Source: Thermomicrobiales bacterium (GTDB taxonomy: Bacteria > Chloroflexota > Chloroflexia > Thermomicrobiales > UBA6265). Taken from it: a stretch of 54,417 nt of DNA. Location of the stretch: the NCBI GenBank assembly GCA_035540335.1, contig DATLHE010000195.1:1-54417 (forward strand). Reading direction: 5' to 3'. Made by a program: the position numbers and the translations under genes. How positions within the stretch are numbered: position 1 is the stretch's first letter; every line of letters begins with the position of its first letter. Shown piece by piece: positions 36,739 through 45,652 of this stretch. The notes under the pieces were generated by a model. That model did no database searches. It saw only the letters and a list, made by a program, of their open reading frames with translations, and was not told the DNA's origin.

Positions 36739-36796
36739 GGTGCTCCTCCGGTGTTCGGTTCATACCAGACCGCTGTGTTGCCAACTCCCGAGGGTG

Positions 36797-36832
36797 ATAT
36801 GGTATCGTTACCATATGAGTTGTGAATGTCAA
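36797..36832 (-). promoter_or_regulatory. Candidate promoter (perfect -35 TTGACA) plus a palindromic LacI-type operator in the divergent region
   Basis: Palindrome ATATGGTA-tcgt-TACCATAT at 36797-36816, with core TGGTATCGTTACCA at 36800-36813. On the minus strand, TTGACA (36832-36827), 16-nt spacer, TAACGA (36810-36805). Same architecture as 35285-35318. Confidence 0.45.
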
Positions 36833-36883
36833 GGGGCCACGCCGACGTGTGACCCGTCGTCCACAGGGCTGTGAACTGATGAA

Positions 36884-36911
36884 GCGCGCTTGCCGCAAAC
36901 GGCAAGCGCGC
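36884..36911 (+). other. Perfect 12-bp GC-rich hairpin in the 5' leader of the amidohydrolase gene
   Basis: GCGCGCTTGCCG-caaa-CGGCAAGCGCGC. No U-tract follows. Lies 52 nt upstream of ATG 36963. Confidence 0.6.
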
Positions 36912-36962
36912 CGTCTCGCCACAGGATCAGCGGTCCGGATGGTGGCAAAGGGAGGGAATGGA

Positions 36963-38057
36963 ATGGCAACCGTTGCGCGTGACCAGACATCGGGCGTGAG
37001 CGTCCGGAGCGGGATCGTCGACTGCGACGTCCACCCGGCGCCGGTAAACGTCGACGAGATCCGCTCGTACCTGCCGATGCCGTGGCGGGACCGGTACAGC
37101 GGCGGTGGACGTGGCTTCTTCGGCAACCCCGTTCATGGCGCGCGGCTGGACAGCACGCCGCCGGGCGGCGGGCCGACCGGGTCGGATCCGGATTTCCTGC
37201 GCACGCAGTTGATCGACGAGTTCGGGACGGCGTACGCCATCCTGCTGCCGCGTGCCTTCTGCAACCTGCATCCGGACCCGGATTTCGGGACGGCGATCGC
37301 CGCCGCCTTCAACGACTGGCTGGCGGACACGTGGCTCTCCCGCTACAACCCGGACGGCGTCTTCAAGGGCTCGATCACGGTCAACATCCAGGACCCGGCC
37401 GCCGCGGCGCGGGAGATCGAGCGCTGGGCGGGGCACCCGCACTTCGTGCAGGTGATGACCGACTCGGGGGCGCGCGCCCCGCTCGGGCAGCGCCAGTACT
37501 ACCCGATCTACGAGGCGTGCGAGCGCCATGGGCTGCGCTTCGCCGTGCATCCCGGCACCGACGGGATGGGCATCAACGTGCAGCCCTCGCCGGGCTACCC
37601 CACGCACTACATCGAGTGGCACACCTGCCTCTCGCTCGCGTTCCAGGCGCATCTGGTCAGCATCCTCACCGAAGGCGTCTTCGAGCGCTTCCCGGGGCTC
37701 GGCATCACGCTGACCGAGGGGGGCGTGTCGTGGCTGCCGGCGCTGATGTGGCGGCTCGACGCGGAGTGGAAGGCGCTGCGGTCCGAGGTGCCGTGGCTGA
37801 CCAAGGCGCCCTCGGCCTACCTGCGCGATCACGTGCGGCTCTCGAGCCAGCCGCTCGAGGATCCGGACAACGCGAAGCACTTGCTGCAGGTGTTCGAGAT
37901 GATGGATGCCGAGCATATCCTGATGTTCGCCAGCGACTACCCGCACTGGGACTTCGATTCGCCGACCCACGCCTTCCCGAAGCTGCCGGAGCAGCTGCAC
38001 CGGCGCATCTTCAGCGAGACGGCGCGCGAGTGGTACGGCCTGCCGACGGCGGAGTAA
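36963..38057 (+). CDS. Amidohydrolase-2 family (ACMSD/LigW-like metal-dependent hydrolase or decarboxylase)
   Basis: ORF 36822..38057 trimmed to ATG 36963 (GGAGGGAATGGA SD). 'IVDCDVHP' is the N-terminal metal motif; 'FAVHPG' and 'MFASDYPHWD' are C-terminal motifs. Confidence 0.82.
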   Translation: MATVARDQTSGVSVRSGIVDCDVHPAPVNVDEIRSYLPMPWRDRYSGGGRGFFGNPVHGARLDSTPPGGGPTGSDPDFLRTQLIDEFGTAYAILLPRAFCNLHPDPDFGTAIAAAFNDWLADTWLSRYNPDGVFKGSITVNIQDPAAAAREIERWAGHPHFVQVMTDSGARAPLGQRQYYPIYEACERHGLRFAVHPGTDGMGINVQPSPGYPTHYIEWHTCLSLAFQAHLVSILTEGVFERFPGLGITLTEGGVSWLPALMWRLDAEWKALRSEVPWLTKAPSAYLRDHVRLSSQPLEDPDNAKHLLQVFEMMDAEHILMFASDYPHWDFDSPTHAFPKLPEQLHRRIFSETAREWYGLPTAE

Positions 38058-38082
38058 GCCGAGCATCTACGGGGGTGGCTCA

Positions 38083-38508
38083 ATGGGAAAGCACATTGTT
38101 GGCAGGGTCAGCTCGGTCCCGCCGGGCGGGCGGGCGGTCGTCGAGGCGGAGGGCCGCTCCATCGGCATCTTCAACGTCGACGGCGCGTTCTACGCCCTGC
38201 GGAACAGTTGCCCGCACCAGGCGGCGCCGCTCTGCCTGGGATCGATCAAGGGCATGACGATGCCGAGCAAGCCCGGCGAGTACATCTGGGCCCGGGAGGG
38301 CGAGATCCTGCGCTGCCCGTGGCATGGCTGGGAGTTCGACATCATGACCGGGCGCTCGATCTTCAACCCGCACCGGACGCGGGTGAAGGCCTACGACGTG
38401 ACGATCGAGGAGCACGTCGACGGCGCGGCTGTCCCGGACGACGAGGACGAGTCGGTCGAGACTTTTCATGTCTCGGTCGAGGACGGGTGGATCGTACTGC
38501 ACGTCTGA
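38083..38508 (+). CDS. Small Rieske [2Fe-2S] domain protein
   Basis: 141 aa. 'CPHQAAPL' ... 'CPWHGWEF' fits the C-x-H / C-x2-H Rieske motifs. Confidence 0.85.
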   Translation: MGKHIVGRVSSVPPGGRAVVEAEGRSIGIFNVDGAFYALRNSCPHQAAPLCLGSIKGMTMPSKPGEYIWAREGEILRCPWHGWEFDIMTGRSIFNPHRTRVKAYDVTIEEHVDGAAVPDDEDESVETFHVSVEDGWIVLHV

Positions 38509-38607
38509 CGTCCCCACCGTCGTCATCCCGTGCGTCGAGACCCCGCGATGCTCTCTGGCCGCGATCCCGAACTGGCCGGAGGGCATCGTGCCGCCGTGCC
38601 GTGTTTC

Positions 38608-38621
38608 CGTAATCGTTGACG
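38608..38621. promoter_or_regulatory. Possible autoregulatory LacI-type operator
   Basis: CGTAATCGTTGACG is 10/14 self-complementary and shares the ANCGTT core with the three other sites. Lies 135 nt upstream of the LacI-family gene. Confidence 0.3.
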
Positions 38622-38755
38622 ATCAGGGAAAGATATACTGCTCGCATCGAGTTCAGCCGGTCGTTCAAGATGTGTTTGGGCCATATCGTCGTTGTTGCTA
38701 CGCCAATGTTTGCGGTGCGCGCGTCCCTTGTGCCTGCGTGGTTAAAGAGGAAGTC

Positions 38756-39766
38756 ATGATGGTCACCATGAAAGACGTTGCCGCTCTGGCGGGCGTGTCG
38801 CTGATCACGGTTTCGCGTGTCGTGAACAAGTCGGGGTATGTCGGCGAGGTGACGCGCAAGAAGGTCGAGGCGGCGATCGAGGAGCTGCAGTACGTCCCGA
38901 ACATGCTCGCCAGCAACCTGCGCTCCCAGCAATCCGATCTGCTCGCGCTGGTGCTGCCGGACATCACCAACTCCTTCTGGACCTCGATCGCCCGGGGCGC
39001 GGAGGACGAGGCATGGGAGCAGGGCTACGGCGTCTTCATCTGTAACACGGACAACGACCCCGAGAAGGAGGACGCCTATATCCAGCGCCTGCTCCAGCGG
39101 CGAGTGGAGGGGGTGTTGCTGGTTCCCTCACCCGTGCGCTCGACCGAGGCGCAGATCGAGCGGCTGAAGCAGCATGGCATGAAGTTCGTCGTCATCCACC
39201 GGCGGCTCGACGGCATGGTGGCCAACGTGGTCCGCAGCGACGGCGAGGGTGCGGCCCGGACGCTGACCGCCGAACTGATCGGCGCCGGGCGGACGCGTCC
39301 GGCGTTCGTCGGTCTGTCGGTGTCGGATCCGTCGAGCAGGGAGCGCGTCAAGGGGTTCCGGGATGCCCTGCGCCAGGCCGAGCTGCCCATCGATGAGGCG
39401 ATGATCCGCTTCGGGGAGGCGGTGCGCGAGCCGCACGGGCATCGCGTCGTCGCCGAGCTCCTTGCGGGGGAGGACCGGCCCGACGCGATCCTGCTGGCCA
39501 ACAGCCGGGTGGCGCTGGGCGGCCTGCGGGCGATCGAGGAGGCGGGGCTACACATCCCGGAGGACATCACGGTCGCGGCGTTCCACGACATCAGCGCGAT
39601 GGACATCTACGCGCCGCGGCTGATCACCGCCGTTCAGCCGTCCTATCGGATGGGGCAGCTGGCGGCCCGCCGCCTGCTGGAGCTGCGGGGCGGCGTGGAC
39701 GAGTCGTACAAGGAGATCATCCTGGAGCCGAAGATCAGCCGGTGGGAAGACCGGGCGCGCCGGTGA
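38756..39766 (+). CDS. LacI-family transcriptional regulator
   Basis: ORF trimmed to ATG 38756 (AAAGAGGAAG SD). HTH 'VTMKDVAALAGVSLITVSRVVNKSGYV' plus a periplasmic-binding-like effector domain. Confidence 0.9.
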   Translation: MMVTMKDVAALAGVSLITVSRVVNKSGYVGEVTRKKVEAAIEELQYVPNMLASNLRSQQSDLLALVLPDITNSFWTSIARGAEDEAWEQGYGVFICNTDNDPEKEDAYIQRLLQRRVEGVLLVPSPVRSTEAQIERLKQHGMKFVVIHRRLDGMVANVVRSDGEGAARTLTAELIGAGRTRPAFVGLSVSDPSSRERVKGFRDALRQAELPIDEAMIRFGEAVREPHGHRVVAELLAGEDRPDAILLANSRVALGGLRAIEEAGLHIPEDITVAAFHDISAMDIYAPRLITAVQPSYRMGQLAARRLLELRGGVDESYKEIILEPKISRWEDRARR

Positions 39767-39797
39767 GCGGCGTCAGCCGATGCGGAGCCGATCGGAC

Positions 39798-40024
39798 GGC
39801 GCACGCCCTGCGGGGTGCGCGGCTACGATGGCGACCCGTGTGGTTGGGAAGCGGCAACGGGAGAACATTGAACGCGTCGTCGTTCCGTGCCCTTTTGGTC
39901 GGATGAGAGCGTTCAATCCCTCTCCTACGGACACGGGATCGGGCGCAACCACGCCGGCCGCCGGTGTGGGGTTGCCGGATCGCAACGGGAATGGCGGCCC
40001 CGGGCCCTTGCGGCCCGGGGCTAC
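39798..40024. repeat. Mosaic ~220-bp composite repeat, copy 2 (includes family-A hairpin 39858-39930)
   Basis: Same module order as 28976-29196. Ends in the perfect hairpin GCCCCGGGCC-cttgc-GGCCCGGGGC. Fills the convergent gap between the LacI gene and the GT-C gene. Confidence 0.85.
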
Positions 40025-40036
40025 TGGTGCGGTGCG

Positions 40037-41707
40037 CTAGACCGTTGGGTGCCAGTAGGGGATGACGTAGGCGGTGTAGATGATGAGGTTGAGGAGGACG
40101 AGGGCGAGGAAGACGCCGGCCTGGACGTAGGGGAGCCACCGCTGGGGGAACCAGGAGCGGAGGCCGAGCATGAGCAGGAGCGCGGCCGGGACGATGGCGG
40201 GGAAGTAGTAGCGCGCCTGGGTGAGCGAGAAGGTGGTGCCGAACTGGAGGATCGCGTAGTAGGCGATGACGCAGGCGGCGCCCATGGTGAGGACGGCGGT
40301 TACCTGCCAAGGCATGATGGCGAGGGTGGGGTCACCGTTGTGGCGGAGCTTGCCGACGTCCTCGCCGGCCTCCTCGGCGGCGTCGATCTCCCGCTGGGCG
40401 CGCAGGAACTTGATGGCATAGACGGCGAGGCCGACGGTGGCGAAGAGCGTCACCCAGAGGATGACCCGCAGCAGGGTCGGGCTGTTGGTGTCGAGCTGGA
40501 TCAGCCGCCAGCCGAACGCGCCCCAGGTTTCCTGCCACCGTGCCCAAAAGAACCATTTGTCTGACACCATCGACCAGATGGAGCGGCCCTCGCCGCCGCC
40601 GTAGTTCCACCACTGCAGGGTCTGGATGCGGCTGAGCGCGGTCAGGTCGCCGTAGGTGGCCCACATGTAGAGCAGCCAGGGCAGGACGAGCGCTCCGGCG
40701 ACGGCGGCGGTGAGCGCGCCCCTGGGGAGCCACTCGCGGATGTTCTTCCAGCCGAGGCCGAAGACCATCGCGAAGCCGATGAGGATCGCGGAGCTGACGG
40801 AGGTGCTCTTGGCGAGCATGGCGAGGCCGAAGAAGAGGCCGATGAGCAGGCAGTTCCGGATCGGGAAGCGCTGCTTGAGGCCGCGGGCGATGAGCCAGAT
40901 GACGACGCTGGTACAGGCGATGGCGAGGATGTCGTTGTTGAGCATGGCAGATTCGTAGGAGATCTGCGGCTGGAAGGCGACGAAGGCGGGGACCGTCATC
41001 GCGAGGAAGCGGTCGCGCGGGAAGATGGTCCGCGTCGTCAGGTAGGCCATCAGCACGGTGATCATGCCGAAGGGGATGGCGGCGAAGCGCAGGGCGTAGA
41101 GCTGGGCCTCGATCGAGTCGTTCTGGACGAGCCAGTAGACCGGGGTCATCAGGATGTAGTAGAGGGGCGGGTGGTTACCGGTGTAGATCCAGCCGGAGGG
41201 CAGGTATTTGCCCTGGTAGGTGACGGCGCGCACCGGCTGCTGCATGCCGCCCCACCAGTCGGCCGTGACGAAGTCCGTCGGCGGGTCGGTGAACTGGTAG
41301 AACTCGTCCGGGATCATGTCCCAGTCGCGGTAGTTGGGGTCCTCCGAATAGCGGGTGTTGAACGCGTCCGGATCCGGGATGAGGGGGACGCGCCCGTCCT
41401 CGGCGAGGATCTGGAGATAGGCGTAGTGGGCGACCTCGTCGTGGCCGGAATAGGGCGGGAAGACGAGGGTGTTGATGATGCCCTTGGCGAGGAAGATGAG
41501 GAGCAGGAGGGTGAGGAACTTCTGCGGCACGGTGGCGGTGCGGACGGCGGCGATGGCGCGCTGGGCGAGATTGCTGGTGGAGCGGGTGGTGGCGCCGTAG
41601 GGGGGCTGGCCCGATTGCTCGCCGGCGACCGTCGAGGGGATGGAGATCGAGGACGTGCGGTCGGCATGCTCCACATTCGAAGACACGTTGGTGGCTCCTT
41701 GTTCCAT
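40037..41707 (-). CDS. GT-C fold (GT39/PMT-like) membrane glycosyltransferase
   Basis: ORF trimmed to ATG 41707, giving 556 aa. About 12 TM helices. The first-loop motif 'PYSGHDEVAHYAY' resembles the DE-x-x-H motif of PMT/ArnT-type enzymes. The SD is weak. Confidence 0.65.
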   Translation of the reverse strand: MEQGATNVSSNVEHADRTSSISIPSTVAGEQSGQPPYGATTRSTSNLAQRAIAAVRTATVPQKFLTLLLLIFLAKGIINTLVFPPYSGHDEVAHYAYLQILAEDGRVPLIPDPDAFNTRYSEDPNYRDWDMIPDEFYQFTDPPTDFVTADWWGGMQQPVRAVTYQGKYLPSGWIYTGNHPPLYYILMTPVYWLVQNDSIEAQLYALRFAAIPFGMITVLMAYLTTRTIFPRDRFLAMTVPAFVAFQPQISYESAMLNNDILAIACTSVVIWLIARGLKQRFPIRNCLLIGLFFGLAMLAKSTSVSSAILIGFAMVFGLGWKNIREWLPRGALTAAVAGALVLPWLLYMWATYGDLTALSRIQTLQWWNYGGGEGRSIWSMVSDKWFFWARWQETWGAFGWRLIQLDTNSPTLLRVILWVTLFATVGLAVYAIKFLRAQREIDAAEEAGEDVGKLRHNGDPTLAIMPWQVTAVLTMGAACVIAYYAILQFGTTFSLTQARYYFPAIVPAALLLMLGLRSWFPQRWLPYVQAGVFLALVLLNLIIYTAYVIPYWHPTV

Positions 41708-41950
41708 CGGTGCGGCTCGGATCGCTTGTGGACGCCCCTGACCGTGTCTTCGGGCTCGGGTGACCAGTGTACATGGACGGGCGTGCGGCGCGTCCGGCGA
41801 CGGGGTCACCGCGACGAAACATAGCGCAGGTGGCGGGGCGGCGTCATCCCGAAGGGGTGTGGAAGCACCGCGCGCCTTCTTGATGTGCTCTCGCTTCGGT
41901 GCGCACGGGGATTCTTCGCATTGGCTCAGGATGAGGGGTGGTTTGGAGCG

Positions 41951-42028
41951 TACGACGGGAGGGCATTGAACGCGCATCCGGCGTGTTGCCGGTTGGTTGG
42001 GTGAGCGCGCTCAATCCCTCCCCTACGG
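41951..42028. repeat. Family-A hairpin element
   Basis: TACGACGGGAGGGCATTGAACGCG ... CGCGCTCAATCCCTCCCCTACGG. Preceded by a 'GGATGAGGGGTGGTTTGGAGCG' module that also occurs at 54106-54130 and 51418-51445. Confidence 0.85.
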
Positions 42029-42170
42029 GTGTTCTCGGTCAGACCGGAAGAGACCGGCGCTGCGGTTCAGGCGGTATACTGAGAGTCATTCACCGGGAGC
42101 GGAGGACGCACAATCGAGCTGCACGGAGAGCGTCGCCCGTTGTGTGACCGCCGTTCCACGGAAGGTATCG

Positions 42171-43640
42171 ATGGTTATGCCGGGATTCCAGCGCATTCGC
42201 ACTGATCACCGCACCAGTTCCTGGGTCCTGACCACACTTCTCGCGTTGACCATGCTCGCCGGGATCGCCTCCGTGCGTCCCGCCGCCGCCCAGGAGGCGG
42301 CCAAGGGCGTCACGGTCGGCCCGGTGACCATCACCGTCGACGCGGTGGGCGGCGTCGACGCCAAGGCGGTGGCCGACACCAACCGGCGGGCGATCACGAC
42401 TGCCGCCGACGAGTTCACCGCCATCTTCGCCACGACTCCGCCGGAACCCATCGCGCTCACCTTCGGCGCCGCGCTCGACGCGACGCAGGCGAAGGGGATG
42501 ACGCCGGTCTCCCCCATCGCGTGGGTGGCCGACGATGGCTCGCGGATCCACATCGCGCTCGACGGCTTCCTCCACCTGACGCCGGTCGAGGCGGAGAACC
42601 TGCTGCGCAACGCGCTGAGCCGCGTCTGGATGCACGCGGCGTCCGGCGGGAAGATCCCGGCGGGGTACGCCGACGGCATCGCCGCGTATGTCGAGCGGCC
42701 GGTGCTGGCGCGGCAGGCGCGGCTGGGGTCGCTGGTGCAGCGCGCCTACCAGGCCGGGACGCTGCCGGAGCTCGCCGATCTGGTCACGACCACGCCGAAG
42801 GGTATCGACGCCGAGACGCTCGGGGCGGCGCGGTACGCAGTGATTGCGTTTTATGTCGACCGATATGGCGTCGGGGCGATGCAGGACCTCGTCGCCGGGT
42901 TCGCGACGACCGGTGACTGGGAAAAGGCTACGTCCGACGCGCTCGGGCAGACGATGGAGCAGATCGACCTCGCGTGGCGCGACTATCTGCCGGTCTTTTT
43001 CGCCAGCGGCTGGCGGAACAATGCCGTGGCCGCATTTGACCTGGCGCCCGCCGAAGCGTTGTTCGATCGCGGGGCCTATGCCGCCGCGGCCGACCAGGCC
43101 GAGCGCTCGCAGCGCCTGTTCTCCGATCTGGGCGACCAGACGCGGCTGTCCCGCGTCGAGGCGCTGCTGGCGCAGTGCGCGGTCGGCGTGCAGGCGGAGA
43201 AGATCATGACGGATGCGCAGGCCGCGCTCGAGGCGCACGACTACGACCGGGCGATGACGCTCATCGGCCAGGCGGAGGCGCTCTACGCGGTGCTGCCGGA
43301 GCGGCACCAGCCGACGGAGACGCTGACGGCGTGGACGCAATTGGCGACTGAGGGCCAGGACGCGATCGGGCAGCTCGCGGACGCCGATGCGCAGTCCGGC
43401 AACTGGATCCTGGTGCGGCAGACGCGGGGCGACGCCCATGAGGCGGGCGTCACGTTCGCCGCGCTCGGTGACAGCGAGCGGCTGGCGCAGGCGCAGAAGC
43501 TCGTTGATGACCTCGATCATCGCCTGCGGGCGCTGATCCTGGCGCTGGTCGGGATCACGCTGGTCGCGGGCACGTGGTGCGCCGTCTGGCTGTGGTCGCG
43601 GGCGCCACATCGTCTCCATTGGGCTCGGGTGACGCCATGA
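42171..43640 (+). CDS. Exported, C-terminally anchored hypothetical protein (possible degenerate peptidase-MA-like plus TPR-like helices)
   Basis: ATG 42171. Signal 'MVMPGFQRIRTDHRTSSWVLTTLLALTMLAGIASVRPAAAQ'. 'ALSRVWMHAASGG...GYADGIAAYVE' sits where peptidase-MA-like proteins carry HExxH...EGxAEY. Helical repeats follow, then a C-terminal TM 'ALILALVGITLVAGTWCAVWLW'. Confidence 0.62.
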   Translation: MVMPGFQRIRTDHRTSSWVLTTLLALTMLAGIASVRPAAAQEAAKGVTVGPVTITVDAVGGVDAKAVADTNRRAITTAADEFTAIFATTPPEPIALTFGAALDATQAKGMTPVSPIAWVADDGSRIHIALDGFLHLTPVEAENLLRNALSRVWMHAASGGKIPAGYADGIAAYVERPVLARQARLGSLVQRAYQAGTLPELADLVTTTPKGIDAETLGAARYAVIAFYVDRYGVGAMQDLVAGFATTGDWEKATSDALGQTMEQIDLAWRDYLPVFFASGWRNNAVAAFDLAPAEALFDRGAYAAAADQAERSQRLFSDLGDQTRLSRVEALLAQCAVGVQAEKIMTDAQAALEAHDYDRAMTLIGQAEALYAVLPERHQPTETLTAWTQLATEGQDAIGQLADADAQSGNWILVRQTRGDAHEAGVTFAALGDSERLAQAQKLVDDLDHRLRALILALVGITLVAGTWCAVWLWSRAPHRLHWARVTP

Positions 43641-45652
43641 TGCTGCCGGCTTTCGTCCATCGCCTTCCCGTTCCCACGCGCAATCAGGCGCTGACCGCGA
43701 CACAGGCCGCCTGGGAGGCGGCGCGGCGCGACCCGGCGCTGGCGCTCTGGCGGGTGACGACCGCGCCGCTGTGGCTGGGATCGGAGATTCCGGTGCCAGA
43801 TGCGCCCGTGCGGCGGGAGACCGACTGGGGCGGGCTGGCGTTGGTCACGGCCGGGCCCGGGCGGACCGTCCGGGACGGGATGGCAGGGCTCCTCCGGCGC
43901 TACCGCTGGGCGTGGGTGCTCACCGCGCTGCTGCGCGGCGTCGCGCTCGGGCTGTGGATCGCGCTGGTGTGGATGCTGATCGCGCTGGCGACGGACGTCG
44001 CCTCCCCAACCCGCTGGTGGATCGGCGGGCTGATGGTGGCCGGGGTGGCGCTGGGCGCGGCGTTCGGGTACGTGAACCGGCCGACGCCGCTGCGGCTGGC
44101 GCGCTCGCTGGACCAGACGTTCCATCTCAACGAGCGGCTGACCACCGCGCTCGACCCGGCGCTGGCGGACGCGCGCGGCCCCGCGATGCAGCTGCAGCAC
44201 GCGGACACGGCGAACTCGCTGGCGGAGATCCGGCCGGAGTTCGGGTGGACGACGTTCATTCCCTTCCGCGAGGTCTTCGTGGCGCTGATCGCCGGGCTGC
44301 TGTTGCTGGCGGCGTTCTTCGCGGACGTGCCCTCCGGGAACCTGCCGGACGCCTCGACGGCCGCCGTGCCGCCGTTCGCGTCGGCGGCGGATCGGCTGGC
44401 GGTGCAGGAGACCCCGGCGCCGGCGGCCGCGCAGAGCGCGCTGCCGCAGGAGCCGCCGGCGCAGGACGCCAAGGTGCTGGAGCAGGCGCAGACCTCCAAC
44501 CAGACGCGGCAGGACCTCGACGCGCTCGGGAACGCGCTCTCCGACTACGCGCTGACGAAGCCGGCGTCCGACTCGATCGCGCAGGGCGACTACGGGCAGG
44601 CGGCGGGTGACCTCCACAACGCCGCCGGGGACGTCAACAGTCTCTCGCCGGAGGCGCGGTCGTCGCTGGCGGGCGATCTGGAGCAGGCGGCGTCGCGGAT
44701 GTCGGACGCGAACCCGGATCTCGCGCAGGCGGCGCGGAACACCGCCGACAGCCTGCGCAAGGGCGACGGCTCCGCCGGGAAGAAGATGGATGACCTCGCG
44801 AATCAGGTCGACACGGCCGGGCAGAAGGTCGCGCCGAACGCGCAGATCGCGGCCGGGACGAATACATCGACGAGCGCGCCGCCGAGCCAGGCGGGCGCGA
44901 GCGACGGGCAGCAGTCCGGGTCGCCGCAGCAGGGCGCGCAGGGCGGCCAACAAGGGGCGCAGGCAGGGACCGATCCGGGCAGCGGCGCCGCGGCGCAGCC
45001 AGGGCTCGCCAACCAGGAGATCGACCCGCAGAACCAGCGCTCGTCGCAGTCCGGTCAGGGCACGAGCGAGCAGCAGGGCGGTGGCGGGCAGGCGCCATCG
45101 GAGGCGCAGGCGGCCGACAGCGCGTCGTCCGCGGGGGCGCAGGCGCCGTCCGACGCGGCGAGCGGGCAGAGCGCACCGAGTGGCCAGGAAGGCGGCGACT
45201 CGTCGGGCCAGACCGGGCAGAACGCGCCGGATAGCGCGAACGCCTCCGAGGGGTCTGGCGCGGGCGGGCAGAGCGACGCCCAATCGCAGGGCGGGAACGA
45301 GCAGAAGGCTGGGGGCGGGAACGAGACGGCGCCGCAGGACCGGCCGGAGGCGGACACCGCGAAGCAGGGGCAGGCCGGCAATCCCCCACCGGGTGACCAG
45401 AACGGCACGAACGGGACGTCGGCCGACGCGCCGTCGGGCCGGCAGTCGCTGGTGCTCGAGGGGACGTCGGACGAGAACATCCCCTCCGGGACGGACGTGG
45501 GATCGTCGAGCCTCGGCTCGGGCAGCGGCGCCAGCGCCGCATCGGGCAATGCCGCGCCGGTCGCGGTCGGCGACGCCGGGCCGGACAACAACCGGGTGCC
45601 GGCGGACTACCGAGATTATGTCGAGAACTACTTCAATCGAGACCAACCATGA
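43637..45652 (+). CDS. Membrane protein with a ~330-aa Gln/Gly/Ser/Ala-rich disordered region
   Basis: ATG 43637 overlaps the upstream TGA (ATGA). TM helices 'WVLTALLRGVALGLWIALVWMLIAL', 'WWIGGLMVAGVALGAAF', 'VFVALIAGLLLLAAFF'. Conserved-looking C-terminus 'NNRVPADYRDYVENYF'. Confidence 0.7.
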   Translation: MMLPAFVHRLPVPTRNQALTATQAAWEAARRDPALALWRVTTAPLWLGSEIPVPDAPVRRETDWGGLALVTAGPGRTVRDGMAGLLRRYRWAWVLTALLRGVALGLWIALVWMLIALATDVASPTRWWIGGLMVAGVALGAAFGYVNRPTPLRLARSLDQTFHLNERLTTALDPALADARGPAMQLQHADTANSLAEIRPEFGWTTFIPFREVFVALIAGLLLLAAFFADVPSGNLPDASTAAVPPFASAADRLAVQETPAPAAAQSALPQEPPAQDAKVLEQAQTSNQTRQDLDALGNALSDYALTKPASDSIAQGDYGQAAGDLHNAAGDVNSLSPEARSSLAGDLEQAASRMSDANPDLAQAARNTADSLRKGDGSAGKKMDDLANQVDTAGQKVAPNAQIAAGTNTSTSAPPSQAGASDGQQSGSPQQGAQGGQQGAQAGTDPGSGAAAQPGLANQEIDPQNQRSSQSGQGTSEQQGGGGQAPSEAQAADSASSAGAQAPSDAASGQSAPSGQEGGDSSGQTGQNAPDSANASEGSGAGGQSDAQSQGGNEQKAGGGNETAPQDRPEADTAKQGQAGNPPPGDQNGTNGTSADAPSGRQSLVLEGTSDENIPSGTDVGSSSLGSGSGASAASGNAAPVAVGDAGPDNNRVPADYRDYVENYFNRDQP

